Part shown: positions 1-8,988 of the stretch, one piece after another
Layout of the letters: each line of letters starts with the position of its first letter
How positions within the stretch are numbered: position 1 is the first letter of the stretch
Source: Acaryochloridaceae cyanobacterium VAR_48_metabat_390
Lineage (GTDB): Bacteria; Cyanobacteriota; Cyanobacteriia; Thermosynechococcales; Thermosynechococcaceae
Assembly: GCA_031422435.1 (NCBI GenBank)
Contig: JANPLU010000105.1
Coordinates: forward strand, 1 to 31,991
DNA length: 31,991 nucleotides
Direction of reading: 5' to 3'
Notes under the pieces: generated by a model
The model's database searches: none
Seen by the model: the letters and a program-made list of their open reading frames with translations, nothing else
Told to the model about the DNA's origin: nothing
Made by a program: the position numbers and the translations under genes

Positions 1-223
1 CTGAAATCAGGCGAACATGATTTCCTCGATCCGTATAAACCACGACTAGCAAGCGCCAGAGATGATCCATTCCAATCACAATAAACCGTTGTTCTCCTTG
101 AGCCATCGTATCTTCAAAGGAAAGCGCATTGGGATCAAACAAAACTGACTCTGCGTCAGAAAAGCGCACACCGTGCTTTTGCAGATTGATAGCTGCTTTG
201 TTTGGATCCCATTCAACTTCCAT
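1..223 (-). CDS. brnT: BrnT-family ribonuclease toxin (type II TA), 3' end runs off the window
   Basis: Manual translation from ATG at 223: MEVEWDPNKAAINLQKHGVRFSDAESVLFDPNALSFEDTMAQGEQRFIVIGMDHLWRLLVVVYTDRGNHVRLIS... with the BrnT-type motifs EWDxxKxxxNxxKHG, ExRF and RLIS(AR). Absent from the ORF track because it has no stop inside the window. Confidence 0.9.
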   Translation of the reverse strand, partial: MEVEWDPNKAAINLQKHGVRFSDAESVLFDPNALSFEDTMAQGEQRFIVIGMDHLWRLLVVVYTDRGNHVRLIS

Positions 224-239
224 ACATATATTATATGCA
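223..239 (-). promoter_or_regulatory. -10 box TATAAT (235..230) inside an imperfect palindrome; probable leaderless brnT promoter and autorepression operator
   Basis: Minus strand TGCATATAATATATGTA(TG): arms TGCATATA / TATATGTA; TATAAT ends 6 nt before the ATG; no Shine-Dalgarno. Confidence 0.55.
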
Positions 240-276
240 CAAGAACGGGCTTTATGCTAGATGATTGTCTAACTAG

Positions 277-363
277 ATCTAACGGTTCGGGCCAGCGGTT
301 GCCAATACCTTTGCATTTCACACAAGCGGCTTCGGTCAATCCGCTGCACCCGAATTGTTAGGT
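277..363 (-). mobile_element. attC-like integron cassette recombination site (87 bp)
   Basis: Minus strand ACCTAAC (RYYYAAC, overlapping the TGA stop of the upstream gene) ... GTTAGAT (GTTRRRY). Inner arms TTCGGGTGCAGCGG / CCGCTGGCCCGAA pair with one unpaired extra base, as expected for an attC extrahelical base. Confidence 0.8.
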
Positions 364-1310
364 CATAGCTTTTCAGGCTTCAAGATCAAAATCTTGCCGT
401 CAATGTTTGAAACATTACGTTCCTGAGTATCTAATTCACCTCCAAATTCAGAGAATAGAAAAAGGATCGCAGCCTTTATATTGCTTAAAAACATATATCG
501 CTCCACCTGCGCTACACCTGTATTAATTAACTGCTGCCCAGGTCTAGCTCTTTTTAGCTCAATTACGACACGACTACTTTTATCAGAAATAATAAAATCA
601 GCTATTGCAGAAGCTTCAGAAGGAATTTTATATTCGCTGAGAACCTCAAGATCTGTTGCTGCTGAAGCAAAGAAGCCTGCCAGTTGCCCAATAACTTGTA
701 CTTCAGTCCGTTTAGATCCATCTGTATTAAAACTCGACTGCTGATGTGAGAACTCTCGCAAAATCTGAGCAGTTCGATTTAAGAGATCACTACTTTCTAC
801 ACTTGCAAGACGCTCTTGGATTTCTACTTGCTTCGTATCAGCTTCGGTTTTGGCTTGGAGATAGGAAAGCTTTTCAGTGATTTGATCAAGTACAAGGCAG
901 GCAAAAGCCGCCACAGAAACAATGGCTAAAAAAGCTTCGCTCTCATCAAAGTCTAGCTTGTAGTCATGAGCAGAAGGGTTTCTCCACCCCGTTCGATAAT
1001 TAGTAAACTGAGCTAAAACCCGTTGACGGAAAATACTATCTTGCTCAAAAAAGTTTTCAATGTCGAAAGGTCTTTTACTTTCAGGATCTTGCTGTGCGAG
1101 AACTCGATAAGCTTCTTTGAGGCTACCTTCAAATGCTTGATTGGTGCGATAAATTGCATCCGTAAAAGCGGTTTCGTCTTCTTGTTCTTGTCCTCGTAAA
1201 AGATGGCAGGAAGCTGTTTCGATATGTAAAAGTACAGCTCGCAAACCAGGAATGTAATCACCTTCCTCAAGCACATCAATTTTGGAGCGCAATATTCTGA
1301 GGAGATCCAT
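363..1310 (-). CDS. HEPN domain + C-terminal PD-(D/E)xK nuclease fusion protein; putative defence effector in a gene cassette
   Basis: QAFEGSLK helix and R110-NPSA-H115 (Rx4H) HEPN motif; C-terminal E226...D238...E251-L-K253 plus Q268-xxx-Y272 restriction-endonuclease-fold motif; AT-rich; stop abuts attC. Confidence 0.7.
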   Translation of the reverse strand: MDLLRILRSKIDVLEEGDYIPGLRAVLLHIETASCHLLRGQEQEDETAFTDAIYRTNQAFEGSLKEAYRVLAQQDPESKRPFDIENFFEQDSIFRQRVLAQFTNYRTGWRNPSAHDYKLDFDESEAFLAIVSVAAFACLVLDQITEKLSYLQAKTEADTKQVEIQERLASVESSDLLNRTAQILREFSHQQSSFNTDGSKRTEVQVIGQLAGFFASAATDLEVLSEYKIPSEASAIADFIISDKSSRVVIELKRARPGQQLINTGVAQVERYMFLSNIKAAILFLFSEFGGELDTQERNVSNIDGKILILKPEKL

Positions 1311-1424
1311 TTGAAACCATAAAAATATATTGAACCAGGTTACTCATCAACAAGTCCTAGCACGTTAAGTTCGTAGCCGCCACTTATGCGAATCTCAAAT
1401 CATATTTTAGGCAGGACTTAAGTG

Positions 1425-1446
1425 ACATAACAACAGATGAGCGGAT
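1425..1446. mobile_element. Truncated attC arm marking the cassette-array boundary
   Basis: Plus strand ACATAACAACAGATGAGCGGAT resembles the attC arm ACCTAACAATTCGGGTGCAGCGGAT; reads GTTATGT (core-site-like) on the minus strand; no partner arm before the stop at 1461. Confidence 0.4.
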
Positions 1447-1460
1447 GCGAATCAGGCGTT

Positions 1461-2684
1461 TTAAGCGATATCCATCTCAATCGTCATCCCTGCTTGGCGC
1501 AGTCTTTTAGATAAAACGTCACCAAGTCCCGTGGCTGGGGTTAAGATTCCGCCGCGCTGCTCCCCACCTGGCAGCTCAGCGGCGTTTAAGGCTAAGCTAA
1601 GTGCTGATTCGCAGAGAAACTTGACGGTTGCTCGGTTTCCAGGGTCGCCCTGGTCATAAATCAATCCTTTTACTTTGCGTTCATCGCTGGCGACGCCCAA
1701 AAGCTCACAGCGGAACCAACCTTCATTCATGGTCTGCTCCGAAGGGCCAGTACCCGGTTGGGGAAGCAATGGCTGTAGCAGACGACGCAGCGGTGGCTGC
1801 TGCATTATGCCGCCAAACAAAGCCATACCTGCGGTAATGCCTGCGGCCTGTAACCATGCCAGCGGCGGGTTGAATTTGAGATATTCCTGATAGGTGAAGC
1901 CTGAACCATAAGTCTGCTGCCACTGCTCAAGCAGGGCGCAACTGCGGCGCACAATGCGCGTATTGACAGGACTCATGAAAAAAGGAGCGACCCAAGTTTT
2001 AATATCCGTATCGTAGTTCGGCTGTTGGGGGTCTTGATTGTGTGCGATCGCCGCTGCCGTAGGTTCGCCCGATGGATTGAGCAAAAAGGGGTTGCCCACC
2101 TGATCGGCTTGACCGGAATCATAAAGATTGAGTCCAGAGGCCAAGGTGCCGCCATTAAAGCCGCCCACCATCTGGAAATAGGCTTTAATAGCTTGGCAAG
2201 ATACGCCTAACTCTTGCTGCATATAGCGAACCAACAGATAGACACCCAAATCTGAAGGCACAGAATCAAACCCACAGCAGGGGATAATGCGGGTGCCATC
2301 TAAAGCCGCCTGCCCATGATAGCGATCGCACAGTTCCCTAACCCAGGGCGTTTCCCCCGTAATATCGACGTAATGGGTCTTAAAGCGAACGCAGGCATCC
2401 ACCAGCGGGGTGCCATAGAGCGCAAAGGGGCCAGCGGTACTGAGGATGACGCGAGTTTGGGCTACGATTGCGTCGATCGCTGCCTGATCTTGGCTATCGG
2501 CAACGAGAATGTCTACTTCAGCGCCAAGGGTTGCCTTAACAGATTCGAGCTTGGCAGGGTTTCGACCTGCGATCGCCCAACGCAACTGACTAGCCTGTGC
2601 AGAACGGGCAAAATATTGCGCCGTCTGCTGACCCACAAATCCTGTAGCGCCATAAAGCACAAAATCGTAACAGCGATCGGTCAT
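1461..2684 (-). CDS. Saccharopine dehydrogenase-family NAD(P)-binding oxidoreductase
   Basis: YGATGFVG Rossmann motif, IAGRN, TAGPF, YVDITGE, CGFDSVPSD, GDPG and GGILTPA motifs. Confidence 0.9.
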   Translation of the reverse strand: MTDRCYDFVLYGATGFVGQQTAQYFARSAQASQLRWAIAGRNPAKLESVKATLGAEVDILVADSQDQAAIDAIVAQTRVILSTAGPFALYGTPLVDACVRFKTHYVDITGETPWVRELCDRYHGQAALDGTRIIPCCGFDSVPSDLGVYLLVRYMQQELGVSCQAIKAYFQMVGGFNGGTLASGLNLYDSGQADQVGNPFLLNPSGEPTAAAIAHNQDPQQPNYDTDIKTWVAPFFMSPVNTRIVRRSCALLEQWQQTYGSGFTYQEYLKFNPPLAWLQAAGITAGMALFGGIMQQPPLRRLLQPLLPQPGTGPSEQTMNEGWFRCELLGVASDERKVKGLIYDQGDPGNRATVKFLCESALSLALNAAELPGGEQRGGILTPATGLGDVLSKRLRQAGMTIEMDIA

Positions 2685-2713
2685 TCAATGCTCCCGTAAA
2701 TTTTCTTCAGGCA

Positions 2714-4036
2714 CTAAGCGGGGGACTGCCGCCGTCGTTGTCTACCAGTCGTCGCTTTCTGAGGCGCAGAAGCAGCGCCTCCGCCCTGACCTTGAGCGGC
2801 TCTCGGCGATCGATCTTGAGACCGCCCAGAAGATCTTCCCCTAGAGCGCGATTTGCGGTTGTCCTGTTCGGGGGCAGGGGTTTCGGAGGTAACGGTTGGC
2901 TCAAAGCCAGGGATGATCTCTTGGGGCAGCGATCGCCGAATTAACTTCTCAATATCGGCTAAATACTTAAACTCATCCGCACAGACCAAAGAGAGCGCCT
3001 CGCCTTCTGTTCCTGCACGTCCAGTACGACCAATGCGATGCACATAGTCTTCGGGAACGTTAGGCAGGTCAAAATTGACAACCTGGGGTAGTTCGCTAAT
3101 GTCGATGCCCCGTGCCGCAATGTCAGTGGCAACCAGCACCTGAAGGCTACCATCCTTAAACTGCGCCAAGGTTCGGGTTCGCACCATTTGGCTTTTATTG
3201 CCGTGGATAGCCAAGGCCGGAATGCCCACCTGGTTAAGCTGTTTAGAAAGCCGATCTGCGCCGTGTTTGGTGCGGGTAAAAACCAAGACCTGAAACCAGT
3301 TATGCTGCTTAATAAGGTGGGTCAGCAAAAATGGCTTTTGGGCGCGATCTACGCGGTAGATCTTTTGCTCAATCAGTTCAGCTTTGGGATGACGCGCCTC
3401 CACCTCAATCAGTACGGGCTGGTTCAGCATCTTCTGGGCGAGGGCTTTAATCTCATTTGAGAACGTGGCGGAAAACAGCAGATTTTGTCGCTGTTGCGGC
3501 AGCAGCGCTAAAACGCGGCGGATATCTGGCAGAAAGCCCATATCCAGCATTCGATCTGCTTCATCTAGAACCAGAATCTCGATCTGAGAAAGATCCACCG
3601 TGCGCTGCTGGACGTGATCTAACAGGCGACCAGGAGTCGCCACCAAAATATCGACACGGCCTCTCAACTGCCTAATTTGAGGGTTAATACTAACCCCGCC
3701 AAACACCGTCATTGAGTTGAGATTAAGGTGTTTGCCGTACTCTCTCACGCTTTCTTCAACCTGAGCCGCAAGCTCACGGGTGGGGGTAAGAATCAGTGCG
3801 CGGACAGGGGGGCGACGGGTGGGTAAATCCTGCACTTTTTTGGCAGAAAGCCGCTGCAAAATCGGCAGCGTAAAGCCAGCGGTTTTACCCGTTCCCGTTT
3901 GGGCACCTGCGAGTAAATCTTGACCCGATAAAACGACAGGAATCGCCTGCAGTTGAATGGGCGTAGGTTCTGTATATCCTCGTGCGGTTACGGCACGGAC
4001 AATTTCATCAGACAGACCGAGTTTAGAAAAAGACAT
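2714..4036 (-). CDS. rhlE: DEAD-box ATP-dependent RNA helicase, RhlE/CrhC-like
   Basis: Q motif (PTPIQ), [41 protein letters not shown] and a basic C-terminal tail. Start moved to ATG 4036 (MSFSKLGL) behind GGAG. Confidence 0.92.
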   Translation of the reverse strand: MSFSKLGLSDEIVRAVTARGYTEPTPIQLQAIPVVLSGQDLLAGAQTGTGKTAGFTLPILQRLSAKKVQDLPTRRPPVRALILTPTRELAAQVEESVREYGKHLNLNSMTVFGGVSINPQIRQLRGRVDILVATPGRLLDHVQQRTVDLSQIEILVLDEADRMLDMGFLPDIRRVLALLPQQRQNLLFSATFSNEIKALAQKMLNQPVLIEVEARHPKAELIEQKIYRVDRAQKPFLLTHLIKQHNWFQVLVFTRTKHGADRLSKQLNQVGIPALAIHGNKSQMVRTRTLAQFKDGSLQVLVATDIAARGIDISELPQVVNFDLPNVPEDYVHRIGRTGRAGTEGEALSLVCADEFKYLADIEKLIRRSLPQEIIPGFEPTVTSETPAPEQDNRKSRSRGRSSGRSQDRSPRAAQGQGGGAASAPQKATTGRQRRRQSPA

Positions 4037-4390
4037 GAAACTCCAGAAGTAAAATCGGTCTGTCGCCGTAAACGGCACCAGTCTAAGGCAGACGGATAGG
4101 AATATAAAACGCTGAGATGAGACGCGGTCAGAAGACTGGCAGGCAGTTGCGCTTTAGCATTCTAGCAAAGCGTCAAGTACTGCTATTTTATTCCAGCACA
4201 TTGTTGAGCGGCACAGGTCATTCTAAACTCCTTAAATTTTCAGATCTTGCTGAAATTTAACGGTGTGCGATCGTCCAGATCGCCCTGCAACGGCAGGCTG
4301 ATAGTGGCAAAATTGAATCTTTAGGATCTCGCCCTGAAGGATCGCTCAAACAGGGAACTCAAGTTTTTGCCCAGGGGTATCGGGCAGAAA

Positions 4391-6184
4391 CTAAAGGCTA
4401 TTCGCCTTAGCCAAGGGGCTATGCTTTGCTGCCGCAATTTGGCGCAGTAGGCAAGCCGACTCTAGCAGTGCCGTATCGCTGGCGTTAATTACGGTGCAGG
4501 ACTCTATCAGTGGCTGAAGGGCAGGTATAGTGCCTCGCTCAAGCGATCGCCGTGCCTCTTCTGCCTGAGGCTGATACTGAAGCAGCCACGCGTTCCCCTG
4601 CTTAGATAGGTAGGCTGGCGTAAACGCATTGCGATCAACCAGCCAATAGTCAATACCATAGGTCTGAATGGCGGTTTGAATTGCCTTGGGGTCGTCAGAA
4701 TACTGCGCTTCTAAAACCTTAACAATGCGCGCCTTCATTTGGGCATAGAGCTTCATGTGAAACGGAATTGCCATCTCACGAGAAAACAAAACCGACCGCA
4801 GCGTAAATGCAGGCAGATTGCTGACCTCTTCACCAAGCCCGGCAATGAGCGTATTTTTAGGCTGCTGGGCAATGAAGCGATATAGCGTTGGCGAAGACCC
4901 GTGAATCCATCCCTGAAACCCCAGAAAGATGGATGGAACCAAAGGCAAGAGCAGCATGACTGCCATAAACCCTATAGACAAAATAGCCAGTGATTTCCGC
5001 AGCAGATCAGGCACAAGCGAACCTCGCAGTCGTTGCTGCACCCAAGAAATCCAAAGCGTTAGCACAATCCCCGCGCCAATTGAAAACAGAAAGGGAAAGG
5101 TATGGTATGGGTATCGACTGGGCCAGTACAGCTTAAAAAGCAAGAGGTGTGCCGCAAAAAACAGTACGAGTGCTGCCACGCCCATCTGCACCAAAATTGC
5201 GGTATCAACTCTATGGGAATCAATGCTGCCAACCATAGGGGGACGTTTGACTGCCTTACGCTTCAGGACAAAGGGCAGCAAATAGGCCAGCCAGATCGCG
5301 TAGGGATAAACGGGTGTATTGAGTCCACTCGTACCGCTAAACCAAAATTCAAGGGGGTCATTAATAAAAAAAGGTGTCCTGCCGTTGCGCGCAAACTCAG
5401 GCATCGAGAGCATTTGCTGCCGCGTTACCAGCTCTCCATAGTCACTAACTCCACTATGGTTCAGGATAGGTGCAAGCAAAACGATGACGACAACAAAGCT
5501 GGCGATCGCCCAAATATAGGGCTGTCTGCGCTGGCTCAAGGGGAACGGCCGTGCCGACCCGTCCAGACAGCGAAGCCCCAGCATACAGAGATGCACTAGC
5601 ACGAGCGGCGCATAAAAAATCGTCTGTAGAGCGGTGAGTAAAAGTCCTAGCCGCAAGTGCTTGCGGCCTAAGCAATACAAAAAACCTGCAAAAATCGGAA
5701 ATAAAAAGGCACGGGGCGTCGCGGAGGTGATGTCGTCATTCATCCAAGTGTTTTGGCTCAAAATGACGGTTGATAGAAAGGCACAAAGCCCCGATGGAAA
5801 GACAGTGAGACAAAATCTAAAGTAAAAGATGCTGGTCAGCAGCCCTAAAAACAGCGGCAGAATTTTCGCCAGCACCATCGGGTGGAGACCTGCAAACACC
5901 CCTAATTCATACACCCACTTCACACCAGGCGAATTGTTCCACTGGGCTTGGGCGTAGTTGGCAAAGTAGTCTCCTGGAAATAAACTCCCATCCACCCATC
6001 GCTCTACCCAGACGGTGCCTTGTCTCACATCATCCTGCACAATATACTCACCGCTGAAGGCATAGAGGCAAGAAGTAAGACCTAGATAAACTGAAATCGC
6101 CAGCGCCAGATAAAAATATCCAGATGATGGTGCCTGATATGAAACATTGACAGATCGAAACCTAGAAAGAAAATGCATAGCCAA
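4391..6184 (-). CDS. Multi-pass membrane protein, GT-C-fold glycosyltransferase-like
   Basis: Many hydrophobic segments, acidic QDD after the first TM helix, PR and PSRY motifs, C-terminal soluble domain. ATG at 6178 is an alternative start. Confidence 0.5.
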   Translation of the reverse strand: MAMHFLSRFRSVNVSYQAPSSGYFYLALAISVYLGLTSCLYAFSGEYIVQDDVRQGTVWVERWVDGSLFPGDYFANYAQAQWNNSPGVKWVYELGVFAGLHPMVLAKILPLFLGLLTSIFYFRFCLTVFPSGLCAFLSTVILSQNTWMNDDITSATPRAFLFPIFAGFLYCLGRKHLRLGLLLTALQTIFYAPLVLVHLCMLGLRCLDGSARPFPLSQRRQPYIWAIASFVVVIVLLAPILNHSGVSDYGELVTRQQMLSMPEFARNGRTPFFINDPLEFWFSGTSGLNTPVYPYAIWLAYLLPFVLKRKAVKRPPMVGSIDSHRVDTAILVQMGVAALVLFFAAHLLLFKLYWPSRYPYHTFPFLFSIGAGIVLTLWISWVQQRLRGSLVPDLLRKSLAILSIGFMAVMLLLPLVPSIFLGFQGWIHGSSPTLYRFIAQQPKNTLIAGLGEEVSNLPAFTLRSVLFSREMAIPFHMKLYAQMKARIVKVLEAQYSDDPKAIQTAIQTYGIDYWLVDRNAFTPAYLSKQGNAWLLQYQPQAEEARRSLERGTIPALQPLIESCTVINASDTALLESACLLRQIAAAKHSPLAKANSL

Positions 6185-6213
6185 CCAACATCAGCAATCA
6201 CAGTATAAAGTGC

Positions 6214-6246
6214 GGCATAACGTCCCCTATAAAGACGGGCTATGCC
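6214..6246. repeat. Imperfect hairpin between the pilin cluster and the membrane-protein gene
   Basis: GGCATAACGTC-CCCTATAAA-GACGGGCTATGCC; no clear U tract. Confidence 0.35.
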
Positions 6247-6338
6247 CTTGCAGAAATATGTTGGCTGACAAAGGTTAATTCTCGTAAAGGATGGGCATCA
6301 CAATAGGTGAATGCCTTGAACAGAGTACAAAGTCTGAA

Positions 6339-7613
6339 CTAGCTAACGGTGACCAGTATCACTAAATCCTGCTGATCGAACGCACTTGAAGTTGGATCAG
6401 TCGCCCCTAATTCAAACAAAATAATGTACTGTGTGCCAGGGCTAGGCAGTTTTACTTTGTCGGAACTGTCCACATAACTGCTCATGAAGCCTTTGACAGA
6501 TGTGGAGCCATCAAAGCCCTTTACATCAGGCACCGGATCTCCATGCTTTAAGATTTTGACTTGAACTGGGCTAGCAACAGAATTGAAACCTGAAGTTCCA
6601 TTGGGGATAGATCCGCTACAGGTGTTGTTGAGATTGTTGAGCGTAGGCACAGAACCAGTGAAATCGAATATTGTCCCGGCAGGTTGGTTATTGAGAGGAA
6701 TGGTGGGCAATGCCAGTGCAGGATTAACGTTAGCGGTCGGCAAAGAAATTTTAGTGCCAGTGCCTGACGGTTTATAGCTAACGGTAAAAGCGGTATTCAT
6801 GGGAGTCGCCCCTGGCCCGCACTGAATAGCACTACCCAATACCTGAAAGCTCGTATTGCTGACGTCAAGGTTAGTAACCGTATTATCGGTATTGATTACA
6901 AAGGGTAGAGTGGTTGAGGTGTTGGTGGAACGAGCAAAAGCTTGAGATGAGGCCAGGTAAGGGGCAGTTTGCCCTAAGACTTTGGTGATGCGACCTTTGT
7001 TAAAAATCTGAGCAACTCTGTTGTTGGGATCAATACATGCATAAAATCCGGTAGCTCCGCTGGCGGGGGAAGCCGTCCAAGACGTTGGGCAAGTCACGCT
7101 GGTCGTTGCTGAACTATCGATCGCATCCACAAGGGGCTGATGAGTCCAGGTACTGGGCGTTGATTTATCGGCACCGTAAGCGCCTGTACTGGTGAAGGAT
7201 GGCCCCCATCTATAAATCACCTGCGGACCACGCCAAGCTGTATTAGATGTCGCTGTCGTTGCCACATAGTAAATGACCGGTTTTGTTAATCCCTCTACTC
7301 TCAGCCTGAGTACATCTTTCACGGTGGTTGTATCGACCTCTGATGAGGAGGGAGAAAATTCGCCGGGCTTAGCGTCTGAGTTAATTTGTGCAGATTGCCT
7401 AATTTCGGAAGCCATAAAGTCAAGCGATCGATTAAGCTCTACCCGCCGCTCGTTTTGTGAGCCACTGGTCTTACTGGAGGTAATCATGGTGGCGACTGCC
7501 CAACCCCCTATCCCTAACGATCCGATGGTGATAAATGCGGCAATCATTAACTCGGTAAGGGTAATGCCGCTCTGTTGAGAGTTGGGTAGCTTTTTAGGGA
7601 AGGGACGCATCAT
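6339..7613 (-). CDS. Minor type IV pilin, PilW-like, with large Ser/Thr-rich C-terminal region
   Basis: Prepilin cleavage motif G|ITLTELMIA (E5) followed by a hydrophobic helix; C-terminal FELG...FDQQDLVILV acidic motif. Confidence 0.8.
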   Translation of the reverse strand: MMRPFPKKLPNSQQSGITLTELMIAAFITIGSLGIGGWAVATMITSSKTSGSQNERRVELNRSLDFMASEIRQSAQINSDAKPGEFSPSSSEVDTTTVKDVLRLRVEGLTKPVIYYVATTATSNTAWRGPQVIYRWGPSFTSTGAYGADKSTPSTWTHQPLVDAIDSSATTSVTCPTSWTASPASGATGFYACIDPNNRVAQIFNKGRITKVLGQTAPYLASSQAFARSTNTSTTLPFVINTDNTVTNLDVSNTSFQVLGSAIQCGPGATPMNTAFTVSYKPSGTGTKISLPTANVNPALALPTIPLNNQPAGTIFDFTGSVPTLNNLNNTCSGSIPNGTSGFNSVASPVQVKILKHGDPVPDVKGFDGSTSVKGFMSSYVDSSDKVKLPSPGTQYIILFELGATDPTSSAFDQQDLVILVTVS

Positions 7614-7706
7614 GGCTCGTAGGCTTTAGGTAGGGTAATAATACGTTGCCGGTGGGTACAAAAGAGATTCAATTAATTACAATCAAATTTCTTTTTAGAA
7701 AATACT

Positions 7707-8297
7707 TTAAGAGATATTGGTACGACAGCTATTGACGACGGGTGCTGCTGGAGTAGCGCCCGTATAGGTACCGGATCGAACAATGCCAATACCGCTCGCA
7801 ATAACAATACAGCGCATCTTGCGACTAGCCGCACCGCTCGCCTGGTAAATGGTAATGATGCCCGTACCCCCGCTCATAGTAGGAATCGTACCTTTATAGG
7901 TAAAGTTAATGACTGCTGGAGTCCCCAGATTGGCGGTGCTAATGGAGATTCCTGAAGCATTATTATTGGGATTGCTATTAGGATCGGTACCCACTGTTGC
8001 CATCCCTAACTTTCTGAGATCACGCTCTCCTGAAGTGAGGCAGTTGGCCGGAGCGCTTGTAATGGTTACGCCAATAGTAAGGGTACAAGCCTGACTTTTC
8101 TTAATGGATTCTAACTGTGATTCTTTAATCGCACCTTCAACTTGCGCGGTGACGTCCTCAACTTTTTTGTTGTTGAGCCAGGTCAAAAAACTAGGGGTTG
8201 CAATCATCCCCAAGATGCCCATAACCACAATGGTAATTAGGCTTTCGATGAGGGTAAATCCGCGCTGAGATTTTTGTCGATAATGGTGAGGTGACAT
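7707..8297 (-). CDS. Minor type IV pilin, FimT/FimU-like
   Basis: RG|FTLIESLITIVVMGILGMIATPSF prepilin motif; four Cys; C-terminal RCIVI...GIVRSG. Confidence 0.88.
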   Translation of the reverse strand: MSPHHYRQKSQRGFTLIESLITIVVMGILGMIATPSFLTWLNNKKVEDVTAQVEGAIKESQLESIKKSQACTLTIGVTITSAPANCLTSGERDLRKLGMATVGTDPNSNPNNNASGISISTANLGTPAVINFTYKGTIPTMSGGTGIITIYQASGAASRKMRCIVIASGIGIVRSGTYTGATPAAPVVNSCRTNIS

Positions 8298-8339
8298 AGA
8301 ACGTAATTTCAGGCGAAAAGTTAGAAAGGTATTAAGAAA

Positions 8340-8870
8340 CTAGGGACACTGAAAAGCTTTGTCCGGAATAACTTCGGCGTACATTTGCGATAAAGATTGA
8401 GAGGCATTACTAGGGGAAGGAACGTTATAACTCACTTCCATCACAACATAGGGCGAAGCATTTTTAAGATTAATGGTGCGGTTGACGGTGTAAGGTCTGT
8501 TGCCCAGCGCGCTGGTTTTTGAGGTTGCTGTGGTGTTGGTTGTACTGGCGCTGGCTCCGGCAATAACGTCACGCAGTGCGTCTGCATAGCCCGCTGTGGC
8601 ACTTGTGGCACCACAAAGAGCTGTATTGGCTGGCAGTTGACTGGCTTGGTAGCGAATCATCTCAATATCTTGCTGAATCCAGGCTGTGGCTTCGCTGCGT
8701 TCTTGCGCTTTAACTTTTATAGCAGCGGAGGCGACCAAGGTCTGCATAGCCGCCGCCACAAACCCAAACAGGAGTAACATGCCTACCATCACTTCAACCA
8801 AGCTGAAGCCCTGATTCGTCTTAGGCTTTCTATCAAATCGAGTTAAAAAATGAAGAAGTTGGAGATTCAT
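8340..8870 (-). CDS. Minor type IV pilin, PilV-like
   Basis: QG|FSLVEVMVGMLLL prepilin motif; C-terminal YAEVIP...QCP typical of cyanobacterial PilV-like pilins. Confidence 0.85.
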   Translation of the reverse strand: MNLQLLHFLTRFDRKPKTNQGFSLVEVMVGMLLLFGFVAAAMQTLVASAAIKVKAQERSEATAWIQQDIEMIRYQASQLPANTALCGATSATAGYADALRDVIAGASASTTNTTATSKTSALGNRPYTVNRTINLKNASPYVVMEVSYNVPSPSNASQSLSQMYAEVIPDKAFQCP

Positions 8871-8988
8871 CAGACTAAGCCTGTTTTGAGGATAATAAGT
8901 AATTGCTAGAAGACCTTATAATCTCCCGATCTACTGAAAATTAAAAAATTAAAGCCACCTTGTGAGAAACGTTTGGCATAAGGCTGCT

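Noticed and set aside
76..361. ORF-track entries 76..339 (-) and 173..361 (+)
   Set aside because: They overlap the real brnT frame and the attC hairpin and have no protein-like features.
6214..6246. GCATAAC-starting hairpin as another attC
   Set aside because: Too short, no GTTRRRY partner, and not at a cassette-like gene end.
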